From IMG/VR virus record IMGVR_UViG_3300031774_000001: DNA of 64,000 nt; one strand, given 5' to 3'. A model generated the notes under the pieces. The model searched no databases. It was not told the DNA's origin and saw only the letters and a program-made list of their open reading frames with translations. Positions 1 through 10,773 of the stretch are shown in pieces. The position numbers were made by a program, and so were the translations under genes. This DNA comes from a virus. Numbering within the stretch: position 1 is the stretch's first letter; each line of letters opens with the position of its first letter.

Positions 1-1116
1 ACAATTAACGGACAAGGATCAGCAATAAGATTTAATCATCCTAACCTTGCTAGTTTTCCTACAGCTGCAACTTATTCAGGTACACCTGCTTTAGATGAAG
101 CAACACTTAAACCTTATATCGCAACAGCGTCAGGTTGGGTAAATTTATTAACAGAAAATGATCCTGTTGAAAGACACTCAAATGTTAATACAACAGGAAT
201 TTCAGATGGACAAGGACTTGTTTGGAATGCTTCAACAACAAGATTTGAAGCAGGTTCACTTGGTGGAACAATTGGTAGATACGAAGACGCTTCAGCAAGA
301 TTTGCAGTAACTTATAATAGTTCAACTTCATATAGATTTACTTCACACTATGGAACAACTGATAATCCAACACTTTATATAAAACAAGGTACAACTTTTG
401 CTTTTGATTTATCTGCTTTAGCAGGATCACATCCTTTTGCTATACAAACTTCAAGTGGTGCTTACAATTCAGCAAATAGAATTGAAACAGGATTAACACA
501 CGTTGCTACAGATGGAACAGTTACAACAGGATTAAATGCTCAAGGTAAAACAAGTGGTGTATTATACTTTGATGTACCAATAAACCAATCTGGACCTATA
601 TATTACGTATGTACTGCTCATTCAAGTATGGCAGGTACAATAGAAGTTAATACAAAAGGATCAGGAAAAGTTTTACAACAAGTTAATACTCAAACAGGTG
701 CTGTTAATTCAGGAACAACAATATTTCCAGAAGACGACACAATTCCTCAAAATACTGAAGGAGATGAGTATATGACTTTAGCAATAACTCCTAAATCTGC
801 TACAAGTACATTAATGATTGAAGCACATATATTCTATTCACAATCAGCAGGTACTAGAGGTGGTGCAGGATTATTTAAAGATTCAGACGCAGACGCATTA
901 TCATTTACATCTAATTTTATAAAAGACGCAACCAGTATGGGTAATATGCAAGTGTTTTATTCAGAAACAACAGGTAATACTACTGCTAGAACATATAAGA
1001 TAAGATGTGGTAATATACAAAATGCAGGTACTTTTACCTTTAACGGTCAAGCAGGTTCAAGAAAGTTTGGTGGAACAGTTTTAAGTACAATTAGAATTTT
1101 GGAAATAGAAGCGTAG
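1..1116 (+). CDS. Virion structural/baseplate-associated protein, 5'-truncated, with a cupredoxin-like domain
   Basis: Frame 1 is open from base 1 through the tracked 628..1116 ORF; contains NPTLYIKQGTTFAFD..HPF..YYVCTAHSSMAG; lies directly upstream of gp8. Confidence 0.75.
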   Translation, partial: TINGQGSAIRFNHPNLASFPTAATYSGTPALDEATLKPYIATASGWVNLLTENDPVERHSNVNTTGISDGQGLVWNASTTRFEAGSLGGTIGRYEDASARFAVTYNSSTSYRFTSHYGTTDNPTLYIKQGTTFAFDLSALAGSHPFAIQTSSGAYNSANRIETGLTHVATDGTVTTGLNAQGKTSGVLYFDVPINQSGPIYYVCTAHSSMAGTIEVNTKGSGKVLQQVNTQTGAVNSGTTIFPEDDTIPQNTEGDEYMTLAITPKSATSTLMIEAHIFYSQSAGTRGGAGLFKDSDADALSFTSNFIKDATSMGNMQVFYSETTGNTTARTYKIRCGNIQNAGTFTFNGQAGSRKFGGTVLSTIRILEIEA

Positions 1117-1125
1117 AATAACTTG

Positions 1126-1133
1126 TATAAATA
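1126..1133 (+). promoter_or_regulatory. T4-type late promoter TATAAATA
   Basis: Exact gp55 consensus in the intergenic gap before gp8. Confidence 0.8.
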
Positions 1134-1150
1134 TAGATAAAGGAAAATAA

Positions 1151-2611
1151 ATGCCAGCGATTATAACAAATAAATTCAGAATACATAACTCGGAACAGTT
1201 CCAAGAAGCGTTTTCTGAAGCTTCAGGAAATACTTTCTATTTAGGAATAGGAAGACCTCAAGGATTTACTACTTCAACAAGAGGAGATGGTAGAACAAAT
1301 AATGAGGGTACAGACTTATTACCTGTGACTCCTGCAGACAATGAAAACACACAAAATTTTATATTTGATAGTATGTTGGCTTGTAAAAAAATTGCAAGTA
1401 CAAATGCTGGATTTGTAATTCCTAGAAGAAATTGGGTAACTTCTACTGTATATGATTATTACAGACACGATTTAGGAGAATATGTAACTGGTGGAACAAC
1501 AGCACAAACTTCAACAAGTGGCGCTGCTACTTTATATGACGCAACTTTCTATGTTTTAACTACAGCAAGAAACGTATATAAATGTTTAGATAATAATAAC
1601 GGTGCAGTTTCAACTGTAGAACCTACAGGAACATCAACAACAATATTAACAACTGCTGACGGATACAAGTGGAAATATATGTACACTTTAACTGCCGCTC
1701 AACAAGCAGATTTCTTATCTGTAGATTTTATGGCAGTTGCTACAAACGCAACAGTAAGTGCTGCCGCTGTAGATGGTGCAATTAACATAGTTAAAATTAA
1801 AACAGCAGGTTCTGCTGGTACAGACGGAACACACGCAGGTGTTCCAATACGAGGAGATGGATCAGGTGGTATATGTTCAGTAACTATAACTTCAGGTGCA
1901 GTTACAGGTGTAACCGTAACTACTCCAGGAACAAATTATACTTTTGCGTATATTAAACTTACAGATATAAATTCTGCTGGTGGTGGTTCATTAATTAGTA
2001 CAGAATTAGATGTAATGATTGAACCAAAAGGTGGACACGGATTTAATGCAGTACAAGAGTTAGGTGGATTTTTTGTTATGTTAAATACAAGTTTAGAAGG
2101 AACTGAATCAGCAAATTCAGGTGACGTAACTGTTGCAAACGATTTTAGACAAGTTAGTTTGATAAGAGACCCAAAAGCAAGTGGAGTTGCCGCTACTTCT
2201 AATACTTTAAGAGCAACAAAAGCAGTTGTTGGTTCTGGAAATACAGGAACATTTTCTGTTGATGAAAAAATTACACAAGCAAGCACAGGTGCAGTTGGAA
2301 AAGTTGTAGAGTGGGATCCATCAAATAAAATATTATATTATATTCAAACAAGACACAATGATGAGGGAGTAGATAGCAACGGTAATCAAACAGCGTTTAG
2401 TGGTACAAATATTATCACAGGTGCAGATACATCAGCGACTTTAACACCTGATACAACAACAGGTACAGTTAATAGCCAAACATTTGTAAGTGGATATTCT
2501 AGTTCAGAAATAGACCACGGTTCTGGTGAAATAGTTTATGTAGAAAATAGAGCACCAATAACAAGAGCTGCGGATCAGACCGAGAATATCAAACTGATTA
2601 TAGAATTTTAG
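1151..2611 (+). CDS. gp8: Baseplate wedge subunit gp8
   Basis: MPAIITNKFRIHN start, VIPRRNW, VYKCLDNN, DGYKWKYMY, C-terminal IVYVENRAPITRAADQTENIKLIIEF typical of marine T4-like gp8. Confidence 0.9.
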   Translation: MPAIITNKFRIHNSEQFQEAFSEASGNTFYLGIGRPQGFTTSTRGDGRTNNEGTDLLPVTPADNENTQNFIFDSMLACKKIASTNAGFVIPRRNWVTSTVYDYYRHDLGEYVTGGTTAQTSTSGAATLYDATFYVLTTARNVYKCLDNNNGAVSTVEPTGTSTTILTTADGYKWKYMYTLTAAQQADFLSVDFMAVATNATVSAAAVDGAINIVKIKTAGSAGTDGTHAGVPIRGDGSGGICSVTITSGAVTGVTVTTPGTNYTFAYIKLTDINSAGGGSLISTELDVMIEPKGGHGFNAVQELGGFFVMLNTSLEGTESANSGDVTVANDFRQVSLIRDPKASGVAATSNTLRATKAVVGSGNTGTFSVDEKITQASTGAVGKVVEWDPSNKILYYIQTRHNDEGVDSNGNQTAFSGTNIITGADTSATLTPDTTTGTVNSQTFVSGYSSSEIDHGSGEIVYVENRAPITRAADQTENIKLIIEF

Positions 2612-2620
2612 GAGAGATAA

Positions 2621-5600
2621 ATGCCAAGTCCAACAGATTTTAATTTATCGCCCTATTATGATGACTTTAATGAAAGTAAAAAATTTCATAGAGTTTTATT
2701 CAGACCAGCATTTGCTGTACAGGCGAGAGAATTAACACAAGCACAAACTCAAATACAAAATCAAGTAGAGAGAGTATCAGACCATCTATTTGAAAAAGGT
2801 GCTATGGTTATACCTGGAGAAATAGGGTATGACTTAAATTACCATTCAGTAAAACTTTCAGCAAAATCAAACGCAACATTATCAGATTATAATGGATTAG
2901 AAATAACAGGTGCAACTTCAGGCATTGTTGCAAAAGTTGTAGGTGTTGCAGTTGCAGATGGTACTGATCCAGATACTTTATTTGTAAAATATACAAAAAC
3001 AGGAACAGATAATACTGCTACACAATTCACAGCTACAGAAACTTTAGATTGTACAATTAATAGTTTAGCTGCTACAGCAACTGTTGATTCAGTTCATACA
3101 GGTTGCGCTGCCGAAGTTCAAAAAGGTGTTTATTACATTAATGGATATCACGTTGAAGTTTCACAACAAACAGTAATACTTGACAAATATACAAACACAC
3201 CTTCATATAGAGTTGGTTTATTAGTTACAGAATCTTTTGTAACTCCAAATGAAGACGCAAGTTTAAATGATAATGCTCAAGGATCATCAAATCAAAATGC
3301 TCCAGGTGCTCATAGATTTAAAATTCTTTTAACATTAACTAAATTATCTTTAGCTTCAACAGCAGACGCAAACTTTGTAGAGTTGTTAAGATTAAAAAAA
3401 GGTATAATTCAAAATCAAGTTAGAACAACAGAATACGCTGTAATAGAAGATACTTTTGCTCGTAGAACATATGATGAATCTGGTGATTATGCATTAAGAG
3501 ATTTTGATTTAGATTTAAGAGAACATTTACTATCAGGAGATAATAGAGGTATTTACGCTTCAGTTGATGGTGGAAACGCAGATAAAATTGCCGCTGGTAT
3601 GGGACCAGGTAAGGCGTATGTTCGTGGTTATGAATTAGAAACAATAGGTACAACTTTTATTGATATTGATAAGACAAGAGATTTTGAAACAGAAAATAAT
3701 TTTAAAACAAGATTTAATCTAGGTAATTACTTTAACGTAAATAACGTTTATGGTTCGCCAGATGTTGGTTTCGTTTCAGGTGATTCAGAATCATTTAAAA
3801 ATGTAACCTTATTTGATACAGCAACTGCTGCTAGAGGTACTCCTAATGTTGGTGCTGACTCAAGTATTAATTCAATAGGAAGAGCAAAATCAAGAGGGAT
3901 GGAATATTCTTCTGGTACTGCTACAAATAATGTATTTTCAAGAAATACTTTAACAAGTGCTGTTTATAAACATTATCTATTTGATATAGAAATGTTTACT
4001 CATTTAAATATTTTAGAAGCAACATCATTTACTACTGGAGAAAAAATAACAGGTAGTACTTCAGGTGCTACTGCTACACTTCAAGGAATTTCTACAGCAG
4101 AAACAGTTACTATTAATAATATAACTCAAGCAAATCCTGGTGAAGTTCAAATTGCTAGCACACACGAATTACAAGACGGACAACAAATTACTATTGCAGG
4201 TGTAACTGGTTTAGCAATTGATTCAGTTGTAACTGCTGGTGGAACATTTACAGTTAGAGATAGAGATAGTGCAAATTGGAAATTATATCAAGCAGATGGA
4301 ACAACTCCTGCTAATGTAACCACTCCAGGTTCAGGTGGTACGGCAACTCACGGAGTTGTAGTACTTTCAAATGTACAAGGTGACTTTGTTGCAGGTGAAA
4401 CAATCACAGGTGGAACATCAGGTAATACAGCAACTGTACAAGCAAATACAATAGGAAGAAAAGGCGTAAGAAATTTTGGACCAAGTGATGTTAAACAAAT
4501 TGCAATGGCAGGTTCTCCTACCTATACTTCAGATGTAAAAACAACAGATGTAACTTTAACTGGAACAGTATCTAATACTAGTGGTCAATATTCATTTACA
4601 GGATTTGGTACAAGATTTACAGATGAATTAAAAATTGGCGATAAAATTACAGTTACAACAGATAATAATTTACAAGAAACAAAAATTGTAAGTTATATTG
4701 TTAGTGATACACTTATGTTCACAACAGACGCTTCTGGTGCAAGTATGACTAAATCATCTATCACTAGAGGACGTGGTACAATAAATGACGCAAACAAAAA
4801 TATTTCTATATTTGAAATGCCAAATGAAACTGTTAAGACTTTAAAAACGCAAGTTAATTCAGGAATTACAGATACAAACTTTAAAATACGAAGAGCATTT
4901 ACATCAACATTAGGATCAAATGGTGACGCAACTATAACAGCAGGAACAAATGAAACATTTAGTGGATTAGTAGAAAAAGATTTTACTGTTTCTATTATGA
5001 CAATGGGTGCAGGTGCAGGAGGTGAAGTTGGTGCCGTATTAAGTTTAACTGGTACTAACCATTTAGCAGGTGATATATTTACATTAGGTGGTTCTCCAAC
5101 TGGTAAAACTTTAACATTAAATTTTGGTACTGACTATGCAGGTCATAAAGTAAAAATTTTAGCAACAGTTAATAGAGGAGTTGCAGGTTCTAAATCTAAA
5201 ACTTTAAATTCTTCTCAAACAGTACAAATTTCTACACAAGCAATTATTGAATCTGGTATATGTGGATTAGGTAGAGCAGATGTTTATGCTGTAGCTAGTG
5301 TTCATATGGCTGCTGACTTTACTACAAATGCAACGACAAGTGATACAGATATTACAAATAGATTTAATGTAGATTCAGGACAAAGAGATAACTTCTATGA
5401 TATTGGAAGAATTAAATTAAAAAATGGTGCATTAACACCTACAGGAAGATTACTAGTTACGTTTAGTTATTTCTCACACGGTTCAGGAGATTACTTTGAT
5501 GTAGACTCTTATTCAGGTGTTGTAGATTACGCAGACATACCAAGTTATTCTTCTGATACAACAGGAAAGAAATTTGAATTAAGAGATTGTTTAGATTTCA

Positions 5601-8600
5601 GACCTAGAGTAGATGACGCTTCAACAATAGATAGTGGCGCTCAAGACCGTTCTTATGATGGTACAGGTGCTTCTACAGTTGATATAATTAAATTTGGAAC
5701 AGATATTACTTCTGACTTTGAATATTACTTACCAAGAATAGATAAAATCTTTTTAGATAAAGAAGGAAACTTTAAAGTAGCTAAAGGCGCAAGTGCTTTA
5801 GTTCCACAAGTTCCAAAAACTTTAGATGGTGCAATGTTATTATATACTTTAGAAATACCTTCTTATGTTTTATCTTTAGACGATATTAAAATTACAAAAA
5901 CTGATAACAAAAGATATACAATGAGAGATATTGGTAATTTAGAAAATAGAATTGAGAGTATGGAATATTATACTCAATTATCATTGTTAGAAACACAAGC
6001 ACAAAATTTACAAATACAAGACGCAAATGGTTTTGATAGATTTAAAAACGGAATTATAGTAGACAACTTTAGTGGTCATAATATAGGTGATGTAGGAAAT
6101 GTAGATTACAAATCATCTATTGATATGGCGCAAGGTCAATTAAGACCTATGTTTAATGAGGACGCAGTTAAATTAATAGAGTCAGATGATGATGGTACTG
6201 TTATTCAAGCGTCTGATAGAACAGATGGTAGTTATCAAAAAACTGGTGATTGTTTAACATTACCTTATACTGAAACTGCTTTAATAACACAACCTTTCGC
6301 AAGTAAAACTGTCAATGTAAATCCATTTGATGTATTTACTTGGGCAGGTACAATAGAATTAACTCCACCTTCAGACGAGTGGAAAGAAACTGAACGAAGA
6401 CCAGAGTTAGTTATCAATAACGTGGGAGGTTTTGATACTTTAGTTTCTGGAATTCCAAATAATGATTTAGAAGGTGTTGAAATAGGAACAATATGGAATG
6501 ATTGGCAAGATTTTTGGTCAGGTTCAACTAGAGATGTTTCAAGTAGACAAGTTGGTGGTGGAAGAAGTGGAAGAAGAGTATTTGCTGTTGATGAAATAGA
6601 AACTGCTCAAACAGTAAGACAAACAAGAACAGGATTAAGACAAAGATTAGTTCCTCAAGTAGTAAGAAATTCAATAGGTGACAGAATTGTTAATGTTGCT
6701 TTTGTTCCATTTGTTAGAAGTAGAACAATATCTTTTGTTGGAACAAGAATGAAACCAAATACAAGAGTTTATCCTTACTTTGATAATATTGGAGTAGCAA
6801 CTTATTGTACACCAAATGGTGGTTCATTAGGAGGCAATGTTGTAACAGACGCCAACGGTGCGTGTTCAGGTACTTTTGCAATTCCTGATCCAACTAATAA
6901 TGCAAATCCAAGATGGCGTACAGGTCAAAGAGTATTCAGATTAACAAGTTCACCTACAAATGATACAAGTTCAGATGTAGAAACTTCAGCAGAAGCAGAT
7001 TATGTCGCAAGAGGAATTTTAGAAACTGTACAGAATACAGTTCTCTCAACAAGAGAACCTAGACTTGTTAGACAAGCTACAACTGAAAACAGAAGTATTA
7101 CAAGAGCTTCAACAAGACGAAGTGAAAGAACGGTTGGTTGGGTTGACCCATTAGCACAAACATTTATGATTGATGATGTTGGTGGTGTATTCTTAACTTC
7201 TGTTGATTTATTTTTTAGTACTAAAGATAATAATATTCCAATTACAGTTCAAATAAGAGAAGTTGTAAATGGATATCCAGGATCAGTAATTGTACCATTT
7301 AGTGAAGTAAGTTTAAATCCAAGTTCAGTAAATATAAGTACTGATGGAACAACATCAACTAAATTTAATTTTTCAGGTCCTGTGTACTTACAAGAAAATG
7401 TTGAGTATTGTTTTGTTGTACTTGCAAACTCAAATGAGTATAATGCTTATGTTGGAAGATTAGGCGAAACAGTAATAGGTTCTGATAGAACAATATCACA
7501 ACAACCATATGCTGGTGTTATGTTTAAATCTCAAAACGGTTCAACTTGGACTGCTGAACAAAACGAAGATATTAAATTTACATTAAATAGAGCAGAATTT
7601 TCAAATGCAATTGGTAGAGTTACCCTTTGCAATGAATCATTACCAGCAAGAAAACTTAAAAACAATCCTATTAGAACAACGCAAGGTTCAGATGTAGTTA
7701 GAGTTTATCATCCAAATCACGGAATGCATAGTACATCAAACAATGTAACTATATCAGGAGTTCCTTCAGGAACATACAACGGATTGGCACATAGTTCTAT
7801 TAACGGAACATATACGACAATATCAAACATAACTTTAGATAGTTATGATATACAAATACCAGGTTCTACAAACGCAAATACTTCAGGAGATATTGGAAGT
7901 AATGCTGTTTATGCAACACAAAATAGATTGTATGATGTTATGAATTTAAATTTATCAACAATGAGTGTACCAGGTACAGCTATATCTTATAAATTAAGAC
8001 CTACTACTGGTCAATCAATACACGGTTCAGAATCAGAATTTAGTACAGTATCAGTTGCAAACTCTGGTTCAGTAATTGCAAATGATAATATCTATTGTAC
8101 TTCACCTAAAATGGTTGCAAGTCAAATAAATGAAACAAATGAAATGAACGGTTTAAAATCATTGTATGTAAATGTAGAAATGTCAACTACAAATACTAAA
8201 CTATCACCACTTATAGATTTACAAAGATGTAGTGCATACACAATACAAAACAGATTAAATAGTCCAACAACTGGTAATACACCAGACTTTGTTGCTGATA
8301 CTGCTCCAACTGGAAGTTCATCAGCAGCTGTGTACTTAACTAGACCAATAGTTTTAGAAAATAATTCTACTTCTCTTGATATAAGACTATCAGCAAATGT
8401 TCGTTCAAGTTCACAAATTAGACTTTTCTATAGAACATCTGGAGGTGCAGAAACTAGAAAAATTGAAGATATAAATTGGTTGCCATTTAATTTAGATGGT
8501 AGCGAAGATATTACAATAGCTCCTGCAGAAGACGATTTAACATTTAGAGAATACAAATATTCAGCAAGTGGATTAAATGATTTCACTTCATTTCAAATTA

Positions 8601-8677
8601 AAATTGTAATGAAAGGAACGATATCATCTTATCCGCCAATCTGTAAAGATATGAGAGGTATTGCATTGGCAATATAA
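2621..8677 (+). CDS. Large virion structural protein, VrlC/DUF4815-like
   Basis: N-terminal PYYDDF..FHRVLFRP..VQARELTQ, ARRTYDESGDY, DRFKNG, DPLAQTF motifs; 2018 aa; follows gp8. Confidence 0.85.
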   Translation: MPSPTDFNLSPYYDDFNESKKFHRVLFRPAFAVQARELTQAQTQIQNQVERVSDHLFEKGAMVIPGEIGYDLNYHSVKLSAKSNATLSDYNGLEITGATSGIVAKVVGVAVADGTDPDTLFVKYTKTGTDNTATQFTATETLDCTINSLAATATVDSVHTGCAAEVQKGVYYINGYHVEVSQQTVILDKYTNTPSYRVGLLVTESFVTPNEDASLNDNAQGSSNQNAPGAHRFKILLTLTKLSLASTADANFVELLRLKKGIIQNQVRTTEYAVIEDTFARRTYDESGDYALRDFDLDLREHLLSGDNRGIYASVDGGNADKIAAGMGPGKAYVRGYELETIGTTFIDIDKTRDFETENNFKTRFNLGNYFNVNNVYGSPDVGFVSGDSESFKNVTLFDTATAARGTPNVGADSSINSIGRAKSRGMEYSSGTATNNVFSRNTLTSAVYKHYLFDIEMFTHLNILEATSFTTGEKITGSTSGATATLQGISTAETVTINNITQANPGEVQIASTHELQDGQQITIAGVTGLAIDSVVTAGGTFTVRDRDSANWKLYQADGTTPANVTTPGSGGTATHGVVVLSNVQGDFVAGETITGGTSGNTATVQANTIGRKGVRNFGPSDVKQIAMAGSPTYTSDVKTTDVTLTGTVSNTSGQYSFTGFGTRFTDELKIGDKITVTTDNNLQETKIVSYIVSDTLMFTTDASGASMTKSSITRGRGTINDANKNISIFEMPNETVKTLKTQVNSGITDTNFKIRRAFTSTLGSNGDATITAGTNETFSGLVEKDFTVSIMTMGAGAGGEVGAVLSLTGTNHLAGDIFTLGGSPTGKTLTLNFGTDYAGHKVKILATVNRGVAGSKSKTLNSSQTVQISTQAIIESGICGLGRADVYAVASVHMAADFTTNATTSDTDITNRFNVDSGQRDNFYDIGRIKLKNGALTPTGRLLVTFSYFSHGSGDYFDVDSYSGVVDYADIPSYSSDTTGKKFELRDCLDFRPRVDDASTIDSGAQDRSYDGTGASTVDIIKFGTDITSDFEYYLPRIDKIFLDKEGNFKVAKGASALVPQVPKTLDGAMLLYTLEIPSYVLSLDDIKITKTDNKRYTMRDIGNLENRIESMEYYTQLSLLETQAQNLQIQDANGFDRFKNGIIVDNFSGHNIGDVGNVDYKSSIDMAQGQLRPMFNEDAVKLIESDDDGTVIQASDRTDGSYQKTGDCLTLPYTETALITQPFASKTVNVNPFDVFTWAGTIELTPPSDEWKETERRPELVINNVGGFDTLVSGIPNNDLEGVEIGTIWNDWQDFWSGSTRDVSSRQVGGGRSGRRVFAVDEIETAQTVRQTRTGLRQRLVPQVVRNSIGDRIVNVAFVPFVRSRTISFVGTRMKPNTRVYPYFDNIGVATYCTPNGGSLGGNVVTDANGACSGTFAIPDPTNNANPRWRTGQRVFRLTSSPTNDTSSDVETSAEADYVARGILETVQNTVLSTREPRLVRQATTENRSITRASTRRSERTVGWVDPLAQTFMIDDVGGVFLTSVDLFFSTKDNNIPITVQIREVVNGYPGSVIVPFSEVSLNPSSVNISTDGTTSTKFNFSGPVYLQENVEYCFVVLANSNEYNAYVGRLGETVIGSDRTISQQPYAGVMFKSQNGSTWTAEQNEDIKFTLNRAEFSNAIGRVTLCNESLPARKLKNNPIRTTQGSDVVRVYHPNHGMHSTSNNVTISGVPSGTYNGLAHSSINGTYTTISNITLDSYDIQIPGSTNANTSGDIGSNAVYATQNRLYDVMNLNLSTMSVPGTAISYKLRPTTGQSIHGSESEFSTVSVANSGSVIANDNIYCTSPKMVASQINETNEMNGLKSLYVNVEMSTTNTKLSPLIDLQRCSAYTIQNRLNSPTTGNTPDFVADTAPTGSSSAAVYLTRPIVLENNSTSLDIRLSANVRSSSQIRLFYRTSGGAETRKIEDINWLPFNLDGSEDITIAPAEDDLTFREYKYSASGLNDFTSFQIKIVMKGTISSYPPICKDMRGIALAI

Positions 8678-8681
8678 GAAA

Positions 8682-8903
8682 ATGGCAAACGGAATATTGA
8701 AAGTTGAAGGACATACAGATTTAGTTAGAGATATAGAAACAAATGCTATAGTTAGAACAAGTAATGAATATGCTGTCTATATGAGAAGAACAAAACAAAG
8801 AGAAGAGAACGCAGACAAATTGAGAGGTGTGTGTTCCGAGATAAATAATTTGAAAAAAGAATTAAGAGAAATAAAAGATTTAATTAAGAAGGTTGTAAAA
8901 TAA
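8682..8903 (+). CDS. Small conserved coiled-coil phage protein
   Basis: ATG at 8682 in frame with the tracked ORF; KVEGHTDLVRD motif; coiled-coil C-terminus. Confidence 0.7.
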   Translation: MANGILKVEGHTDLVRDIETNAIVRTSNEYAVYMRRTKQREENADKLRGVCSEINNLKKELREIKDLIKKVVK

Positions 8904-8904
8904 A

Positions 8905-9816
8905 ATGGCTATAAGACAAATATTACCAAATCAAACGCTAGAAGATTTAAGACTTCAGTTTAATGCTTTAGCGTCTAGTGATTTTGGAGATATAGGAACA
9001 TTAGACTCTTCACTATCAGCAACAACTGTTATAGGTGCTGTAAATGAATTGTCTGCTCAAGTAGGTGCCGCTGAGGGTTGGAAGATGGAAGATTCTTCTT
9101 CAACTATACAGCAAATTGGTGCAGGTCAAACAGCTAGATTTTTCGGTTCATCAAATCAAATAAATGCTATTGTATCTGTTCCAGATACGTTAACACTTTC
9201 ACTAACAGATAGTGTAACTCTTGTAACTTCTTTAACAGCTCCAACTGTTAATGCAGGTACATTATCTATATCAAGTGGTTATATTACAGACTCAAGTGGT
9301 ACTATAAGCTTTGATAACGAAAATATAACAACAAATAATGAAGTGTCTGGTGGTACAGGTACTTTTGGAACAGTTGCAGGTACAGGATCAAATCATACAT
9401 TAGGAACAATTCAAATTTCTGGTAATAATATTTCATCTACAGATTCAACAGAAATTAATATTGCAGACGGATTACAAGTTAGTGGACCTTTAAAAGCCGG
9501 TTCAACTACAATTAATCCTGCAGGTTCTAACAACATAGAATCATCAACAGGATTTACAGTATTCGGATCAAAACCATATATTAAATCAAATCAAATATTA
9601 TTTTCTGGAATAACTACAGGTAATAGTATTAACACAACGTTTGAAATAACTGACCCAACATCAAATAGAACAATGACTTTTCCAGACGCAACAGGAACAG
9701 TAGTATTAACAGATTCGGGAGTTGCAACTGGAAGTATTTTTACTGCTTCAGTATCTTTAGTAATATACAATTCAGCAGGGGTAGCGCAAAAGACGATTGT
9801 TGGTAGTGCTACATAG
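8905..9816 (+). CDS. Virion structural/fibre-like protein
   Basis: Ser/Thr/Gly-rich; TLEDLRLQFN N-terminus; DPTSNRTMTFPDATGTV fibre motif. Confidence 0.65.
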   Translation: MAIRQILPNQTLEDLRLQFNALASSDFGDIGTLDSSLSATTVIGAVNELSAQVGAAEGWKMEDSSSTIQQIGAGQTARFFGSSNQINAIVSVPDTLTLSLTDSVTLVTSLTAPTVNAGTLSISSGYITDSSGTISFDNENITTNNEVSGGTGTFGTVAGTGSNHTLGTIQISGNNISSTDSTEINIADGLQVSGPLKAGSTTINPAGSNNIESSTGFTVFGSKPYIKSNQILFSGITTGNSINTTFEITDPTSNRTMTFPDATGTVVLTDSGVATGSIFTASVSLVIYNSAGVAQKTIVGSAT

Positions 9817-9827
9817 GAGATTAAATT

Positions 9828-10757
9828 ATGGCTATACGAGCTCCTTTATATTATAGCGCAGGCAATTTGAAAGAAATGACTTCTACGGAAGTTGATGAAA
9901 TAATTTCACAAACAATCTATCAATATTCATTAGCGCCTTCAGTTGCATTATCAGTAATAAGTTCTGGTGGTAATGTAGGATCAATAACAGATACAAGACA
10001 ACAAGCGGGTACTCATTCAACAGACGCTTCATCTTTTCCTAGTGAGGCAACAACAGCAGAACCTACAACTGTAACTGTTACCTACGATAAAATACAATCA
10101 ACAGCATCCTCTGGTTCAGCACCAACTGATTCAGGAAAAACTTGGCCTTGTTATAGAACAGCAACTAATAATATTCAAGCAATGTCATTACAAGATGTTA
10201 AAGATACTTTTCTTCATCCTGCAATAGATAAATTAGTGGCGGCGACTTTAACAACTGAACAAGGTGGAACATATCATATTAATACAGCAACTAGTGTTGC
10301 AGGTTCTACTTTAGTTAACGCAACACCAGTTTTTGTAAATACTCAAGCAGATACAGGCGCTTATTCATCAGGAACAATTGGTGACCACGCATTAGATAAT
10401 CCTACAACAATTCAAAATTATTATTTACATAAAATAGATGGTAATAATCAATCTACAAAAGCACCACTTTATGTTACCGCTGGAAATGATTTAAGAGAGT
10501 ATGTAACAGCAGATTGGAATACTTTAATAGGTAATGCTCTTAAATATACAGCAGCTGCTTCAGTAGATGGATTTAAAATAACTTACAGTCATACTACAGG
10601 AACAAATAGAGGTTCTGGTATGGCAGATACAATATTAAATGGTTCTGGAAATTATCAAACAAGATTTGTTAATGCTAATGACTATAGAGCACAAGAATTT
10701 CCAAACGGTTCAGCGACAACATCAAATACTTGGTATTTGAAAATAAGTAAGAGTTAA
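9828..10757 (+). CDS. Putative virion structural protein
   Basis: Thr/Ser-rich with internal repeats (PLYYSAGNLKEM / PCYRTATNNIQAM / PLYVTAGNDLREY); SD GGAG upstream. Confidence 0.6.
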   Translation: MAIRAPLYYSAGNLKEMTSTEVDEIISQTIYQYSLAPSVALSVISSGGNVGSITDTRQQAGTHSTDASSFPSEATTAEPTTVTVTYDKIQSTASSGSAPTDSGKTWPCYRTATNNIQAMSLQDVKDTFLHPAIDKLVAATLTTEQGGTYHINTATSVAGSTLVNATPVFVNTQADTGAYSSGTIGDHALDNPTTIQNYYLHKIDGNNQSTKAPLYVTAGNDLREYVTADWNTLIGNALKYTAAASVDGFKITYSHTTGTNRGSGMADTILNGSGNYQTRFVNANDYRAQEFPNGSATTSNTWYLKISKS

Positions 10758-10773
10758 ACAATGAGAATTTATT

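Noticed and set aside
628-1116. Tracked 162-aa ORF as a standalone gene
   Set aside because: The frame is open from base 1; the Met at 628 is internal and belongs to the C-x2-H-x2-M motif
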